A program made the position numbers and the translations under genes. From an uncultured Bacteroides sp. (GTDB taxonomy: Bacteria; Bacteroidota; Bacteroidia; Bacteroidales; Bacteroidaceae), in contig CANPJW010000003.1 of the NCBI GenBank assembly GCA_947574505.1, positions 13,940-77,939 on the forward strand: DNA of 64,000 nucleotides. The letters are read 5' to 3'. A model generated the notes under the pieces. It was given only the letters and a program-made list of their open reading frames with translations, ran no database searches and was not told where the DNA came from. Numbering within the stretch: position 1 is the first letter of the stretch; each line of letters opens with the position of its first letter. This document shows, in pieces, positions 1 to 12,848 of the stretch.

Positions 1-308
1 AACTGGCTTTGCAAGGTTTTCGTCTTGATGATTTGATGCGTTGGAGAGCTCATAAACTGATTCAGGGAAAACGTGGAACCGGTGCTTATTTTGGTACAGA
101 CGGTGTATTGTACAAAGCATTCGATCCTAAAAACGCAGCGGACTTGAAAACGATTCTGACTACAGACGGCTGGCTCGACCCACAGAAGGAACTTCTTCCG
201 AGAGGCTATCAGTTTGATGCTAACCGCGATTACCTGTTGCCGGTACCTCCGAGTGAGATATCGTTGAATCATGAGTTGAAACAGAATCCGGGCTGGCAAC
301 GGAAATAG
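1..308 (+). CDS. susD: RagB/SusD family outer-membrane glycan-binding protein, C-terminal part (5'-truncated by the window edge)
   Basis: Frame reads (E)LALQGFRLDDLMRW...YLLPVPPSEISLNHELKQNPGW, the typical SusD C-terminus; CAZymes follow. Confidence 0.92.
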   Translation, partial: LALQGFRLDDLMRWRAHKLIQGKRGTGAYFGTDGVLYKAFDPKNAADLKTILTTDGWLDPQKELLPRGYQFDANRDYLLPVPPSEISLNHELKQNPGWQRK

Positions 309-353
309 GAGAATGGAACAAGATTCATTTATGATAATTAGATAGATAAAGAT

Positions 354-2135
354 ATGAAGAACATATTATATAAAATACTTCCGGTATGTTTGTTGACCAT
401 CGGTTTGACAGGATGTGAGGATGAGACCAAGTATCGTCCTCTGCCGGAAGCTGTACCTTTGACAATGAGCATCAATGAAAAGGCGTTTGTGATGGGAGAA
501 CACTTGAAAGTAGATATTAAAGTGGAACCAGATGCTGATGGTAATGAGGTGGTAGCTAACGAAGATTTCGATATTTACTTTACGGCAAAAGCCGGAACGG
601 AAGATGTAGCGAATGTGTTCGAACCATTTAGTAGTATTGTTACTTTCCCGAAAGGAGAGAAGCAGATTCAGGTGGATTTTCCGGTTAAGACTTCCGGATT
701 AGTTGGTACTACTACGATGGAGTTTGTTGCTTTCGCACGTGGTTATAAGATGGCTAATTCCAGTCAGGGAATCAAGGTATCTGATTATTATCGGATATCC
801 ATGTCTCTGGAAAATAATACAGAAAATGTGGTGACAGAAGGCGGTAAGTTTGTATTGGTTGCCAAAGTAGACAAACCGAGTTCTGTGCCACTCGAAGTCA
901 CTATTACTCCGAAGGAAGGGGAAGAGGGCAGGTATGACAATCTACCTTCTACTTTAACTATTCCTGCAGGAAGAACTTCGGTCAAAAGTGCTGCTGTGAC
1001 TATCAAACAGGACTATGAAATGACAGGCGACTTGCAGTTGGTATTGAATCTGAAAAGTAATTCTTCTTCCAATCCGATGACTGCTCCTGCATTGACTATT
1101 ACTATGACAGACCTGGAATCAATGGCTGATCCTAATTTGTATGATATGACTACTGTATATGAGAATCCGAACATCATGTTTATTTCTTATGATGATGACT
1201 GGTTTACGGGTAAAGAAACAGCTAAGATGGACGAAGGAACAGCACATCCGAATGCCGAATTGGGCAGTCAGTGGAAGTTTGATTATGCTATTGAGTTCCA
1301 TAAAAATTCAACATCGGGAGATTATCAAAAATTAGGTAATGCAACGGATGCCAATAGAGGAAATGTTTTAAAGATTGATTGGACCAAATACGCAAAAGTT
1401 ACTGATGAAGGTGAATTGAATATTTGTGTAGGTGTAGAAGGTACTAATTATGGAACAGCAGGAATACATTGCTGTAAGTCTTTAGGGCAGATGTGGGCAC
1501 AAAATGTTACACGTATATATCCGGGTATGCGTATTGAAATGAAAGTTCGTTTAGGAGGTAATAGAACAGGATTTGTACCGATGATAGAGGTGAAGAATCC
1601 AGCAACTGCTACTACATGTAAAGAAGCTAAGCGATCAATCTGTATACTTAAGAATGTTTCCGGCTCTGCAATCACCCAATCGGTGAGGGGAGAGGTTGTC
1701 AGTGATGCGAAGAGCGTAGTATCTGCTATTCCTAAAGTAGAAGATTATAATATTTATTGGGTCGAACTAGTCGATGAAAATACAATAAAGTTAGGTATTA
1801 ATGGTTCTACAACCTTGGAAGTCACAAGGGATATGTTGGATTCATGGCCTTTTACCAAAGCTTCTACAGGAACATCAGTTGGAGCGAAAGGTCTTTATTT
1901 AGTAATGCGAATGGACTTGTTCGGAGAAGGTAATAGTGTTTCTTCTGAACTTCCGGCAGGTTGGGATACTGAACTGAAGTCAATTAATCCTGCAAATTAT
2001 GCAACAGAAGGACCAAGAATGATAATAGACTGGATTCGTTTCTATGTAAATGATAACTATAAACGGGAAGCGAATGAACTTGTGAATAGAGACTATAAAG
2101 TCTCAATTCCTGGTAAGTTCTACCAGTTCTATTAA
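354..2135 (+). CDS. Surface lipoprotein (SGBP-like): two Ig/Calx-beta-like domains plus a C-terminal GH16-like beta-jelly-roll lacking the catalytic motif
   Basis: Lipobox LTGC followed by acidic EDETK; directly downstream of susD; GH16-like segments RIEMKVRL, YNIYWVEL, WPFTK..LYLVM and MIIDWIRFY. Confidence 0.7.
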   Translation: MKNILYKILPVCLLTIGLTGCEDETKYRPLPEAVPLTMSINEKAFVMGEHLKVDIKVEPDADGNEVVANEDFDIYFTAKAGTEDVANVFEPFSSIVTFPKGEKQIQVDFPVKTSGLVGTTTMEFVAFARGYKMANSSQGIKVSDYYRISMSLENNTENVVTEGGKFVLVAKVDKPSSVPLEVTITPKEGEEGRYDNLPSTLTIPAGRTSVKSAAVTIKQDYEMTGDLQLVLNLKSNSSSNPMTAPALTITMTDLESMADPNLYDMTTVYENPNIMFISYDDDWFTGKETAKMDEGTAHPNAELGSQWKFDYAIEFHKNSTSGDYQKLGNATDANRGNVLKIDWTKYAKVTDEGELNICVGVEGTNYGTAGIHCCKSLGQMWAQNVTRIYPGMRIEMKVRLGGNRTGFVPMIEVKNPATATTCKEAKRSICILKNVSGSAITQSVRGEVVSDAKSVVSAIPKVEDYNIYWVELVDENTIKLGINGSTTLEVTRDMLDSWPFTKASTGTSVGAKGLYLVMRMDLFGEGNSVSSELPAGWDTELKSINPANYATEGPRMIIDWIRFYVNDNYKREANELVNRDYKVSIPGKFYQFY

Positions 2136-2180
2136 TCTGTCATATTGACGAACCGTTTTCAATAGTATGAAATAAGTTCA

Positions 2181-2222
2181 ATGCCGGAAGGCCATCGTGC
2201 AACAGCGATTTACTTCCGGCAT
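2181..2222 (+). terminator. Hairpin (intrinsic terminator or processing stem) between the SGBP gene and the sulfatase
   Basis: Stem ATGCCGGAAG...CTTCCGGCAT followed by TT. Confidence 0.55.
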
Positions 2223-2301
2223 TTACTGCTAATTCGGGTGGAAATAGAGAATATTGTAAATACATTAGCTATTTGTAGACATACTTTTTACATATCTTCC
2301 C

Positions 2302-2309
2302 TATCTTTG
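2302..2309 (+). promoter_or_regulatory. Bacteroides sigma-A -7 element (internal PUL promoter)
   Basis: TATCTTTG matches TAnnTTTG, ~27 bp upstream of the sulfatase ATG; a TTTG lies at 2272-2275. Confidence 0.55.
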
Positions 2310-2336
2310 CCATGTAATCTAAATAAATTAATCATT

Positions 2337-3920
2337 ATGGAAAACCTGCAATCAAACTTGTTCTATTCTTTGGCAGGAGTAGCTGCCGTAGCTTCCCTTG
2401 CTTCCTGTTCAAACAAGCAAAAGCCTGCGGAGCAGAAACCTTTGAATATCGTCTATATTATGACAGACGATCACACGGCTCAAATGATGAGCTGTTACGA
2501 CACACGCTACATGGAAACACCCAATCTCGACCGCATTGCTGCCGATGGCGTACGTTTTACTCAAAGTTTTGTAGCCAATTCATTAAGCGGTCCCAGCCGT
2601 GCCTGTATGATTACGGGTAAGCATAGCTGTGCCAATAAATTCTACGATAATACGACTTGCGTATTCGACAGTTCTCAACAGACATTCCCGAAGCTGCTGC
2701 AAAAGGTAGGTTATCAGACTGCCTTAGTCGGTAAATGGCATTTGGAAAGTTTGCCATCCGGATTTAATTATTGGCAGATAGTACCCGGACAGGGAGATTA
2801 TTACAATCCTGCTTTTATTACACAAGATAATGATACAATCCAAAAACATGGGTATATCACGAACTTAATTACAGATGATGCCATTGACTGGATGGAAAAT
2901 AAGCGTGATCCGGAGAAACCATTCTGCCTGTTGATTCATCATAAGGCGATTCACCGTAACTGGATGGCAGATACTTGTAACCTTGCTCTTTATGAAGATA
3001 AAACGTTCCCGTTGCCTGATAATTTCTTTGATGATTATGAGGAACGTCCGGCAGCAGCTGCTCAGGAGATGAGCATCGTGAAAGACATGGATATGATTTA
3101 CGACCTGAAGATGCTCCGTCCAAATGAAAAATCGCGTCTGAAATCACTTTATGAAAGATTTCTCGGACGTATGGATGAAGCACAACGTGCTGCATGGGAT
3201 AAATTCTATACTCCGATAATAGACGATTTTTATAAACAGAATCTGCAAGGTGAGGAACTTGCCAATTGGAAATTCCAGCGTTATATGCGCGACTATATGA
3301 AGACCGTGAAATCATTGGATGACAATGTAGGCCGGGTGCTCGATTATCTGAAAGAGAAAGGATTGTTGGATAATACACTCGTTGTTTATACATCCGACCA
3401 GGGATTCTACATGGGTGAACACGGTTGGTTTGACAAACGTTTCATGTATGAAGAATCTATGCGTACACCACTTGTCATGCGCTTGCCGAAAGGATTAGAA
3501 CGTAGAGGTGACATCACTGATATGGTACAAAATATTGATTATGCACCTACATTCCTCGAATTGGCAGGCGTAGAAATTCCTTCCGATATTCAAGGGAAAT
3601 CTCTTGTTCCTTTGTTGAAAGGCGAACAGCCGAAAGATTGGCGTAAGGCTCTCTATTATCATTTTTATGAATATCCTGCCGAACATATGGTGAAACGTCA
3701 TTACGGTGTACGTACAGAACGTTATAAATTGATTCATTTCTATAATGATATAAATTGGTGGGAACTTTACGATTTGCAGGCAGATCCGTCAGAAATGCAT
3801 AATCTTTACGGACAGCCCGAATATGAATCGGTAGTAAAAGAGTTGAAAGAAGAAATGCTGCAACTTCAAGAGCAATATAACGATCCTGTCCGCTTCTCAC
3901 CGAAGAACGATAAGGAGTAA
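2337..3920 (+). CDS. Ser-type S1 sulfatase lipoprotein, probable N-acetylglucosamine-6-O-sulfatase (S1_11-like)
   Basis: NIVYIMTDDH, SLSGPSRA (S-x-P-x-R), GKWHL, YTSDQG; lipobox LASC; ATG at 2337 is more plausible than the ORF-track start at 2181. Confidence 0.88.
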   Translation: MENLQSNLFYSLAGVAAVASLASCSNKQKPAEQKPLNIVYIMTDDHTAQMMSCYDTRYMETPNLDRIAADGVRFTQSFVANSLSGPSRACMITGKHSCANKFYDNTTCVFDSSQQTFPKLLQKVGYQTALVGKWHLESLPSGFNYWQIVPGQGDYYNPAFITQDNDTIQKHGYITNLITDDAIDWMENKRDPEKPFCLLIHHKAIHRNWMADTCNLALYEDKTFPLPDNFFDDYEERPAAAAQEMSIVKDMDMIYDLKMLRPNEKSRLKSLYERFLGRMDEAQRAAWDKFYTPIIDDFYKQNLQGEELANWKFQRYMRDYMKTVKSLDDNVGRVLDYLKEKGLLDNTLVVYTSDQGFYMGEHGWFDKRFMYEESMRTPLVMRLPKGLERRGDITDMVQNIDYAPTFLELAGVEIPSDIQGKSLVPLLKGEQPKDWRKALYYHFYEYPAEHMVKRHYGVRTERYKLIHFYNDINWWELYDLQADPSEMHNLYGQPEYESVVKELKEEMLQLQEQYNDPVRFSPKNDKE

Positions 3921-3936
3921 TATAAGTGCACATATC

Positions 3937-6261
3937 ATGAAAAAATATATCTTAATCATTCTCATACTGTTCTCGCCATTGACGGTGTTTGTGCAGGCTG
4001 ATAACTTAACATCCCCTTTGAATTCGATAGTTCCACGTCCGGTACAGATTGTACCGGGCAGTGGTAACTTTATTTTTTCGGCTAAAACGTTATTTGTAGT
4101 AGAAAACGAGGAACAGGCTGCGATTGTCTGTAATTTTATCGATTTGTTCACCCGTGCCGCCGGCATAACTCCCGCATTGAATATTAGAGAAGGAAAAGGA
4201 CAAGTTTGTTTCACAACGGATTCTTCTTTAAAAAGTGAAGCATATTTGCTGGAGATTACTCCGGAACAGATACGTGTTAAAGCTTCGGATACCAAAGGCT
4301 TTTTCTATGCCCTGCAATCTATCCGCCAACTTCTCCCTGCCGCCATAGAATCGGAACAACCGGTGCGGAATATTATTTGGAGCATTCCTGCAGTGACTAT
4401 TCAGGATGAACCTCGTTTTGGCTTCCGGGGATTATTGCTTGATCCTGTACGCTGTTTTATCCCCAAAGAGAACGTACTGCGCATCATTGACTGTATGGCG
4501 ATGCTGAAAATAAACAAACTGCATTTTCATTTGACGGACGATAACGGTTGGCGGATTGAAATAAAGAAATATCCTCGTTTGACGGAAGTGGGAGCGTGGA
4601 GAGTAGACCGTACGGATGTACCTTTCCATTCACGCCGTAATCCGGAACGGGGAGAACCCACTCCGATAGGCGGCTTCTACACGCAGGAAGAGATTCGGGA
4701 AATTGTGGCTTATGCCGCTGATAGGCAGATTGAAGTGATTCCGGAAATAGATGTACCGGCACATAGTAACGCTGCCTTAGCTGCTTATCCCCAGTTTGCC
4801 TGTCCGGTTGTGAAAGACTTTATCGGTGTACTTCCCGGACTGGGAGGAAAAAATTCCGAGATTATCTATTGTGCAGGAAACGATAGCGTATTTACCTTTC
4901 TGCAAGATATTTTCGACGAAATTCTGACACTTTTTCCTTCCCGCTATATTCACGTAGGTGGAGATGAAGCCCGAAAGACGAATTGGGAGAAATGCCCGCT
5001 TTGCCAAAAACGGATGAAAAAGCAGCGTTTGGCAAATGAAGAGGATTTGCAGGGATACTTCATGAAACGACTCAGTGATTATCTGCGTAAGAAAGGTCGT
5101 GAAGTGATTGGTTGGGATGAATTGACAAACAGTTCTTTTCTTCCCGAAGAGTCTATTATCCTCGGTTGGCAGGGAATGGGAACGGCTGCCTTGAAGGCTG
5201 CCGAAAAAGGACATCGTTTTATCATGACTCCGGCGCGTATCATGTACTTGATCCGTTATCAGGGGCCGCAATGGTTTGAACCGGTGACGTATTTCGGTAA
5301 CAACACTCTGAAAGATGTCTTTGATTACGAACCTGTACAAAAGGATTGGAAACCTGAATATGAATCGTTGTTGATGGGCATACAGGCTTGTATGTGGACA
5401 GAGTTCTGTAATAAGCCGGAAGATGTGGATTATCTTTTGTTTCCCCGTTTGGCTGCTTTAGCGGAAGTGGCATGGACACCCGCAGGTACGAAAGACTGGT
5501 CCGGATTCTTGAAACGGATGGACGCATACAACGCGCATATTGCAGAAAAAGGAATTATCTATGCCCGTTCAATGTATAACATACAGCAGACAGTGACACC
5601 GATAGACGGACATTTGGAAGTGAATTTGGAATGTTTCCGTCCGGATGTGGAAATTCGCTATACACTGAATGGCAGTGATCCGGCTATGTCCTCGCATCGT
5701 TACGACGGTCCTATCCGTGTGACGCAAACGCAGATGGTAAAAGCCGCTACCTTTATGAACGGCAAGCAAATGGGAGAAACCTTAGAACTGCAACTTACAT
5801 GTAACAAAGCTATGGCAAAACCTTTGCTCGGCAATAAGCAAAATGAGAAGTTGCTAGTCAACGGATTGAGGGGTAGCCTGAAATATACTGATTTTGAATG
5901 GTGTAACTGGAACCGGAATGATTCTATATCTTTCACGATAGATTTGCTGGGCAAGGAGAAATTGAATAAATTTGCCATTGGTTGCATTACCAATTATGGA
6001 ATGGGAGCGCACAAACCGAAGATGATCCGTGTAGAAGTTTCTGATGATAACAGGGTATATCGCACCATAGGGGAACTGAATTTTTCTCCGGAAGAGATCT
6101 ATAAGGAAGGCACTTACAAAAATGACTATTCGATAGATATGGGCGGAGTATCTGCCCGTTATGTCCGAGTGACGGCGAAAGGAGCAGGGATATGTCCCGA
6201 CAATCATGTTCGTCCCGGTCAGGAAGCGAGAGTCTATTTTGATGAGGTGATACTGGAATAG
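3937..6261 (+). CDS. GH20 beta-N-acetylhexosaminidase with C-terminal Fn3-like and F5/8 domains
   Basis: DEPRFGFRGLLLD, HFHLTDDNGWR, catalytic HVGGDE; signal peptide. Confidence 0.95.
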   Translation: MKKYILIILILFSPLTVFVQADNLTSPLNSIVPRPVQIVPGSGNFIFSAKTLFVVENEEQAAIVCNFIDLFTRAAGITPALNIREGKGQVCFTTDSSLKSEAYLLEITPEQIRVKASDTKGFFYALQSIRQLLPAAIESEQPVRNIIWSIPAVTIQDEPRFGFRGLLLDPVRCFIPKENVLRIIDCMAMLKINKLHFHLTDDNGWRIEIKKYPRLTEVGAWRVDRTDVPFHSRRNPERGEPTPIGGFYTQEEIREIVAYAADRQIEVIPEIDVPAHSNAALAAYPQFACPVVKDFIGVLPGLGGKNSEIIYCAGNDSVFTFLQDIFDEILTLFPSRYIHVGGDEARKTNWEKCPLCQKRMKKQRLANEEDLQGYFMKRLSDYLRKKGREVIGWDELTNSSFLPEESIILGWQGMGTAALKAAEKGHRFIMTPARIMYLIRYQGPQWFEPVTYFGNNTLKDVFDYEPVQKDWKPEYESLLMGIQACMWTEFCNKPEDVDYLLFPRLAALAEVAWTPAGTKDWSGFLKRMDAYNAHIAEKGIIYARSMYNIQQTVTPIDGHLEVNLECFRPDVEIRYTLNGSDPAMSSHRYDGPIRVTQTQMVKAATFMNGKQMGETLELQLTCNKAMAKPLLGNKQNEKLLVNGLRGSLKYTDFEWCNWNRNDSISFTIDLLGKEKLNKFAIGCITNYGMGAHKPKMIRVEVSDDNRVYRTIGELNFSPEEIYKEGTYKNDYSIDMGGVSARYVRVTAKGAGICPDNHVRPGQEARVYFDEVILE

Positions 6262-6278
6262 AATTACTTCTGAGATAA

Positions 6279-9425
<3,147 letters not shown>

Positions 9426-9572
9426 GTTTAAAAACGATAGGCTATTAGATTATATAAATGAGGTGTGGATTTCACATTTTCTTTGAATATTGTTGGAAAT
9501 ATTCTGTTAGAGTAATTAAATTCACACCTTTATATTATCTTTGTGCTATCAGCATTAATTAAATTTTATATC

Positions 9573-11390
9573 ATGAACAAACTACTGGTCACCTTATTAT
9601 TATCCTCTGCCATCACATTAAGCGTTCAGGCACAAAAGTCAGAAGGATATTACGTCAAGCACGTTGAATTTCCTCAAAATGCCACCCTCGAACAGAAAGT
9701 GGATATGGCTGCACGTCTCGTGCCCACCCCTCAACAATATGCTTGGCAACAAATGGAATTGACAGCTTTCCTTCATTTTGGTATCAACACCTTTACCGGA
9801 CGTGAATGGGGAGATGGAAAAGAAAACCCCGCTATTTTTAACCCGACCGAGCTGGATGCCGAGCAATGGGTAAGCATCCTCAAAGATGCCGGATTCAAAA
9901 TGGTACTTCTGACCGCAAAGCATCACGACGGTTTCTGCCTTTGGCCAACAGCTACCACCAAACATTCCGTAGCCTCTTCTCTCTGGAAGAACGGGCAGGG
10001 GGATGTCGTAAAAGAACTTCGGAAAGCCTGCGACAAATATGATATGAAGTTCGGCATCTACCTTTCTCCGTGGGACCGCAATGCGGAATGTTATGGAGAC
10101 TCTCCCCGTTACAATGAATTCTTTATCCACCAATTGACGGAACTGCTTACCAATTACGGTGAAGTGCACGAAGTATGGTTCGACGGAGCGAATGGGGAAG
10201 GCCCGAACGGAAAGAAACAAGTCTATGACTGGGACGCTTTCTATCAAACCATCCAACGCCTGCAACCGAAAGCAGTAATGGCGATTATGGGAGACGATGT
10301 TCGTTGGGTAGGAAATGAAAAAGGACTGGGACGCGAAACGGAATGGAATGCCACCGTGCTGACTCCGGGAATTTATGCCCGCTCGGCAGAAAACAACAAA
10401 CGCCTGGGTGTCTTTAGCAAAGCGGAAGATTTAGGAAGCCGCAAAATGTTGGAGAAAGCTACCGAACTGTTTTGGTATCCTTCGGAAGTGGATGTGTCCA
10501 TTCGTCCGGGATGGTTCTATCATGCGGAAGAGGATGCGAAAGTGAAGTCTTTGAAACATCTGTCGGATATTTATTTCCAGTCGGTAGGATATAACTCCGT
10601 GCTTCTATTGAATATACCGCCCGACCGCAAAGGCTTGATTAATGAAGCGGACGTGAACCGTCTGAAAGAATTTGCAGCTTACCGTCAACAGATATTTGCC
10701 GACAACCGGGTGAAGAAAGGAAGAAACTACTGGAATGCCACTTCGGGTAGTGAAGCCGTTTATTCTTTGAAACCGGGCTCGGAAATTAATTTAGTGATGC
10801 TTCAGGAAGATATCACGAAAGGTCAGAGAGTGGAGGCTTTCGTTGTAGAGGCTTTGACTGATAACGGTTGGAAAGAAGTAGGCAAGGGTACGACAATCGG
10901 ATATAAACGTATGCTGCGTTTCCCGACAGTGAAAGCCAGTCAGCTACGGGTGAAGATTGACGAATGTCGTCTGACAGCTCATATAAACCAAGTAGCCGCT
11001 TATTATGCAGCTCCTTTGCAGGAAGTGGTTCAGGGTGAAGATTGGAATAATCTGCCTCGTGCTGGCTGGAAACAACTCGCTGATTCTCCGTTGACGATTG
11101 ACTTGGGCAAATCGGTGACATTAGCCAGTTTTACTTATGCTCCTTTGAAAGCGGAAGCGAAACCGACAATGGCTTTCCGTTATAAATTCTTTGTGAGCAT
11201 GGATGGAAAGAACTGGAAGGAAGTTCCTGCCAACGGTGAGTTCAGTAATATCATGCACAACCCGCTGCCGCAGACGGTTACTTTCGGTCAGAAAGTACAA
11301 GCACGTTATATTAAGTTGGAGGCTACTACGCCTACCGCAACAACCGCGAAAGTAGGAATGAATGAAATAGGAGTGATAACTACTCCCTGA
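9573..11390 (+). CDS. GH29 alpha-L-fucosidase with C-terminal CBM32/F5-8 domains
   Basis: FLHFGINTF, TAKHHDGFCLW, YLSPWD, VWFDGA, SIRPGWFY; ATG at 9573 after a TATCTTTG promoter. Confidence 0.95.
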   Translation: MNKLLVTLLLSSAITLSVQAQKSEGYYVKHVEFPQNATLEQKVDMAARLVPTPQQYAWQQMELTAFLHFGINTFTGREWGDGKENPAIFNPTELDAEQWVSILKDAGFKMVLLTAKHHDGFCLWPTATTKHSVASSLWKNGQGDVVKELRKACDKYDMKFGIYLSPWDRNAECYGDSPRYNEFFIHQLTELLTNYGEVHEVWFDGANGEGPNGKKQVYDWDAFYQTIQRLQPKAVMAIMGDDVRWVGNEKGLGRETEWNATVLTPGIYARSAENNKRLGVFSKAEDLGSRKMLEKATELFWYPSEVDVSIRPGWFYHAEEDAKVKSLKHLSDIYFQSVGYNSVLLLNIPPDRKGLINEADVNRLKEFAAYRQQIFADNRVKKGRNYWNATSGSEAVYSLKPGSEINLVMLQEDITKGQRVEAFVVEALTDNGWKEVGKGTTIGYKRMLRFPTVKASQLRVKIDECRLTAHINQVAAYYAAPLQEVVQGEDWNNLPRAGWKQLADSPLTIDLGKSVTLASFTYAPLKAEAKPTMAFRYKFFVSMDGKNWKEVPANGEFSNIMHNPLPQTVTFGQKVQARYIKLEATTPTATTAKVGMNEIGVITTP

Positions 11391-11515
11391 CGGGATTGTT
11401 ATCGCTGAAAGATATGTATAGAGAGTAGCAGTGAAGACTGGCAGTCCTGATTTCTAGTGAATCGGATGCCTGTCTTTTCGGGATTAGGTGCTTCGGCTGC
11501 TATCCTGATGTTGGT

Positions 11516-11643
11516 ATTCAAGTTTACTTTTTCTCCCGAAACAAAGTTTGGAAAGAATATGAACGTATCCAGTCGGACATCTTTGACCATTTGCTGGCAA
11601 TGGTTCCCAAGTTTGACTTGAAGGTTTATAGTATTCCGATTAA
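11516..11643 (+). pseudogene. 3' remnant of an MscS/YbdG-type mechanosensitive channel gene
   Basis: Reads IQVYFFSRNKVWKEYERIQSDIFDHLLAMVPKFDLKVY, then YSD* after a 1-nt slip; resembles the YbdG-family C-terminus; no start codon. Confidence 0.7.
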
Positions 11644-11719
11644 ATGATTTGTGCCATTCTGATGTTACGACTGTTCTAATACGGTGACACAAAACAATTT
11701 GTTACAGATAGTTGGTATA

Positions 11720-12772
11720 TTAATATAAAATCAGCTCGAAGTCTGTATAAATAGGCAAATGGTCGCTGACACCGCCTTGATACTTCATCCCCTTATAAGT
11801 GCGGAAAGGTTCTTTATCACCGTATTTCTTATCCTCAATTAGTAAGAAGGGGAGCAGGCAGACGTTTGCTTTTTCCTCACTGGTGAAGAACTCGCCGGAG
11901 CGGTTCAACAAAGTGCCGGATACAATCAAGTGGTCGAGCAATTCCCATTCGCCCCGATATTTGTAAGAACCGAAATCTTTGGATTTGGCTTTTCGAGCGA
12001 GTAGATGATAGAGTTTCAATGGAGATAGGGTGGAGGATGGAACCTCCGCTTCCAGTACTTCACGGATAGACTTATTGGTCGGATAGTCATTAAAATCTCC
12101 CATGATGATAACTTGAGGGTGAAGCCGTTTGTGCAAGATACTATCCGCTTCCGTTCGTAGAATTTGGGCTGCATGAAGCCGGTAAGGTTCGGACTCTCTC
12201 ACTCCGCCCGAACGGCTTGGGAGATGGCAGACAAATACATCCAGCGTGTCTCCTGTCAGTAATAAACCGCTGACGTGCAATAAATCCCTTGTCGGACGAT
12301 GTTGGCCGAAAGGAGGAATGGAGACAGGGCGGGAAGATAATAATTTGAATAAATCCCGTTGATAAAGCAGAGCTACGTCAATACCTCTTAAATCGGGAGA
12401 ATCCGTCATGACATAACGGTAGTCGAGTTCTTTTAAAGGCGAACGTCGGGTGAGGTCACGCAGTACCGTATCATTTTCCACTTCACAAAGACCTATGAGG
12501 GCGGGCGGATTCCATTCGCCAATCGCTGTGATGGTACGTGCAATATCAGCCAATTTCTTTTTGTATTTACTGTAATTCCAGTGACGTGTCGCGTCGGGAA
12601 GAAATTCACGGTCATTCTTCAGGCTGTCGTGATGAGTGTCAAACAGGTTTTCTATGTTCCAGCTTACGACGCGGAAAGGGACTTTTTCTTGAAAGGGGAA
12701 GTCTGGCCTGTAATGTGTCTTTTGTGCCGTAATAAAAGAAGGGGTAAGAAAGCTGATGCCCGATAATCCCAT
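11720..12772 (-). CDS. Endonuclease/exonuclease/phosphatase family protein
   Basis: SWNIENLFD, GLCEVEN, GIDVALLY, HLPSR, MGDFND, SDHLP; start uncertain (the ORF extends to 12868). Confidence 0.88.
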   Translation of the reverse strand: MGLSGISFLTPSFITAQKTHYRPDFPFQEKVPFRVVSWNIENLFDTHHDSLKNDREFLPDATRHWNYSKYKKKLADIARTITAIGEWNPPALIGLCEVENDTVLRDLTRRSPLKELDYRYVMTDSPDLRGIDVALLYQRDLFKLLSSRPVSIPPFGQHRPTRDLLHVSGLLLTGDTLDVFVCHLPSRSGGVRESEPYRLHAAQILRTEADSILHKRLHPQVIIMGDFNDYPTNKSIREVLEAEVPSSTLSPLKLYHLLARKAKSKDFGSYKYRGEWELLDHLIVSGTLLNRSGEFFTSEEKANVCLLPFLLIEDKKYGDKEPFRTYKGMKYQGGVSDHLPIYTDFELILY

Positions 12773-12848
12773 AACAAAAAAGAGTATGGTAACAGCTACT
12801 CGTTTTTCGCTGTCACCATGACCCTTGGTTTGTTGACTGGTCCGCCTG

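Noticed and set aside
9461-9529. Invertible promoter before GH29 (AGGTGTGGATTT / AAATTCACACCT)
   Set aside because: The inverted repeat is imperfect and closely spaced, the -7 element lies outside it, and no invertase is nearby. More likely an RNA stem or operator.
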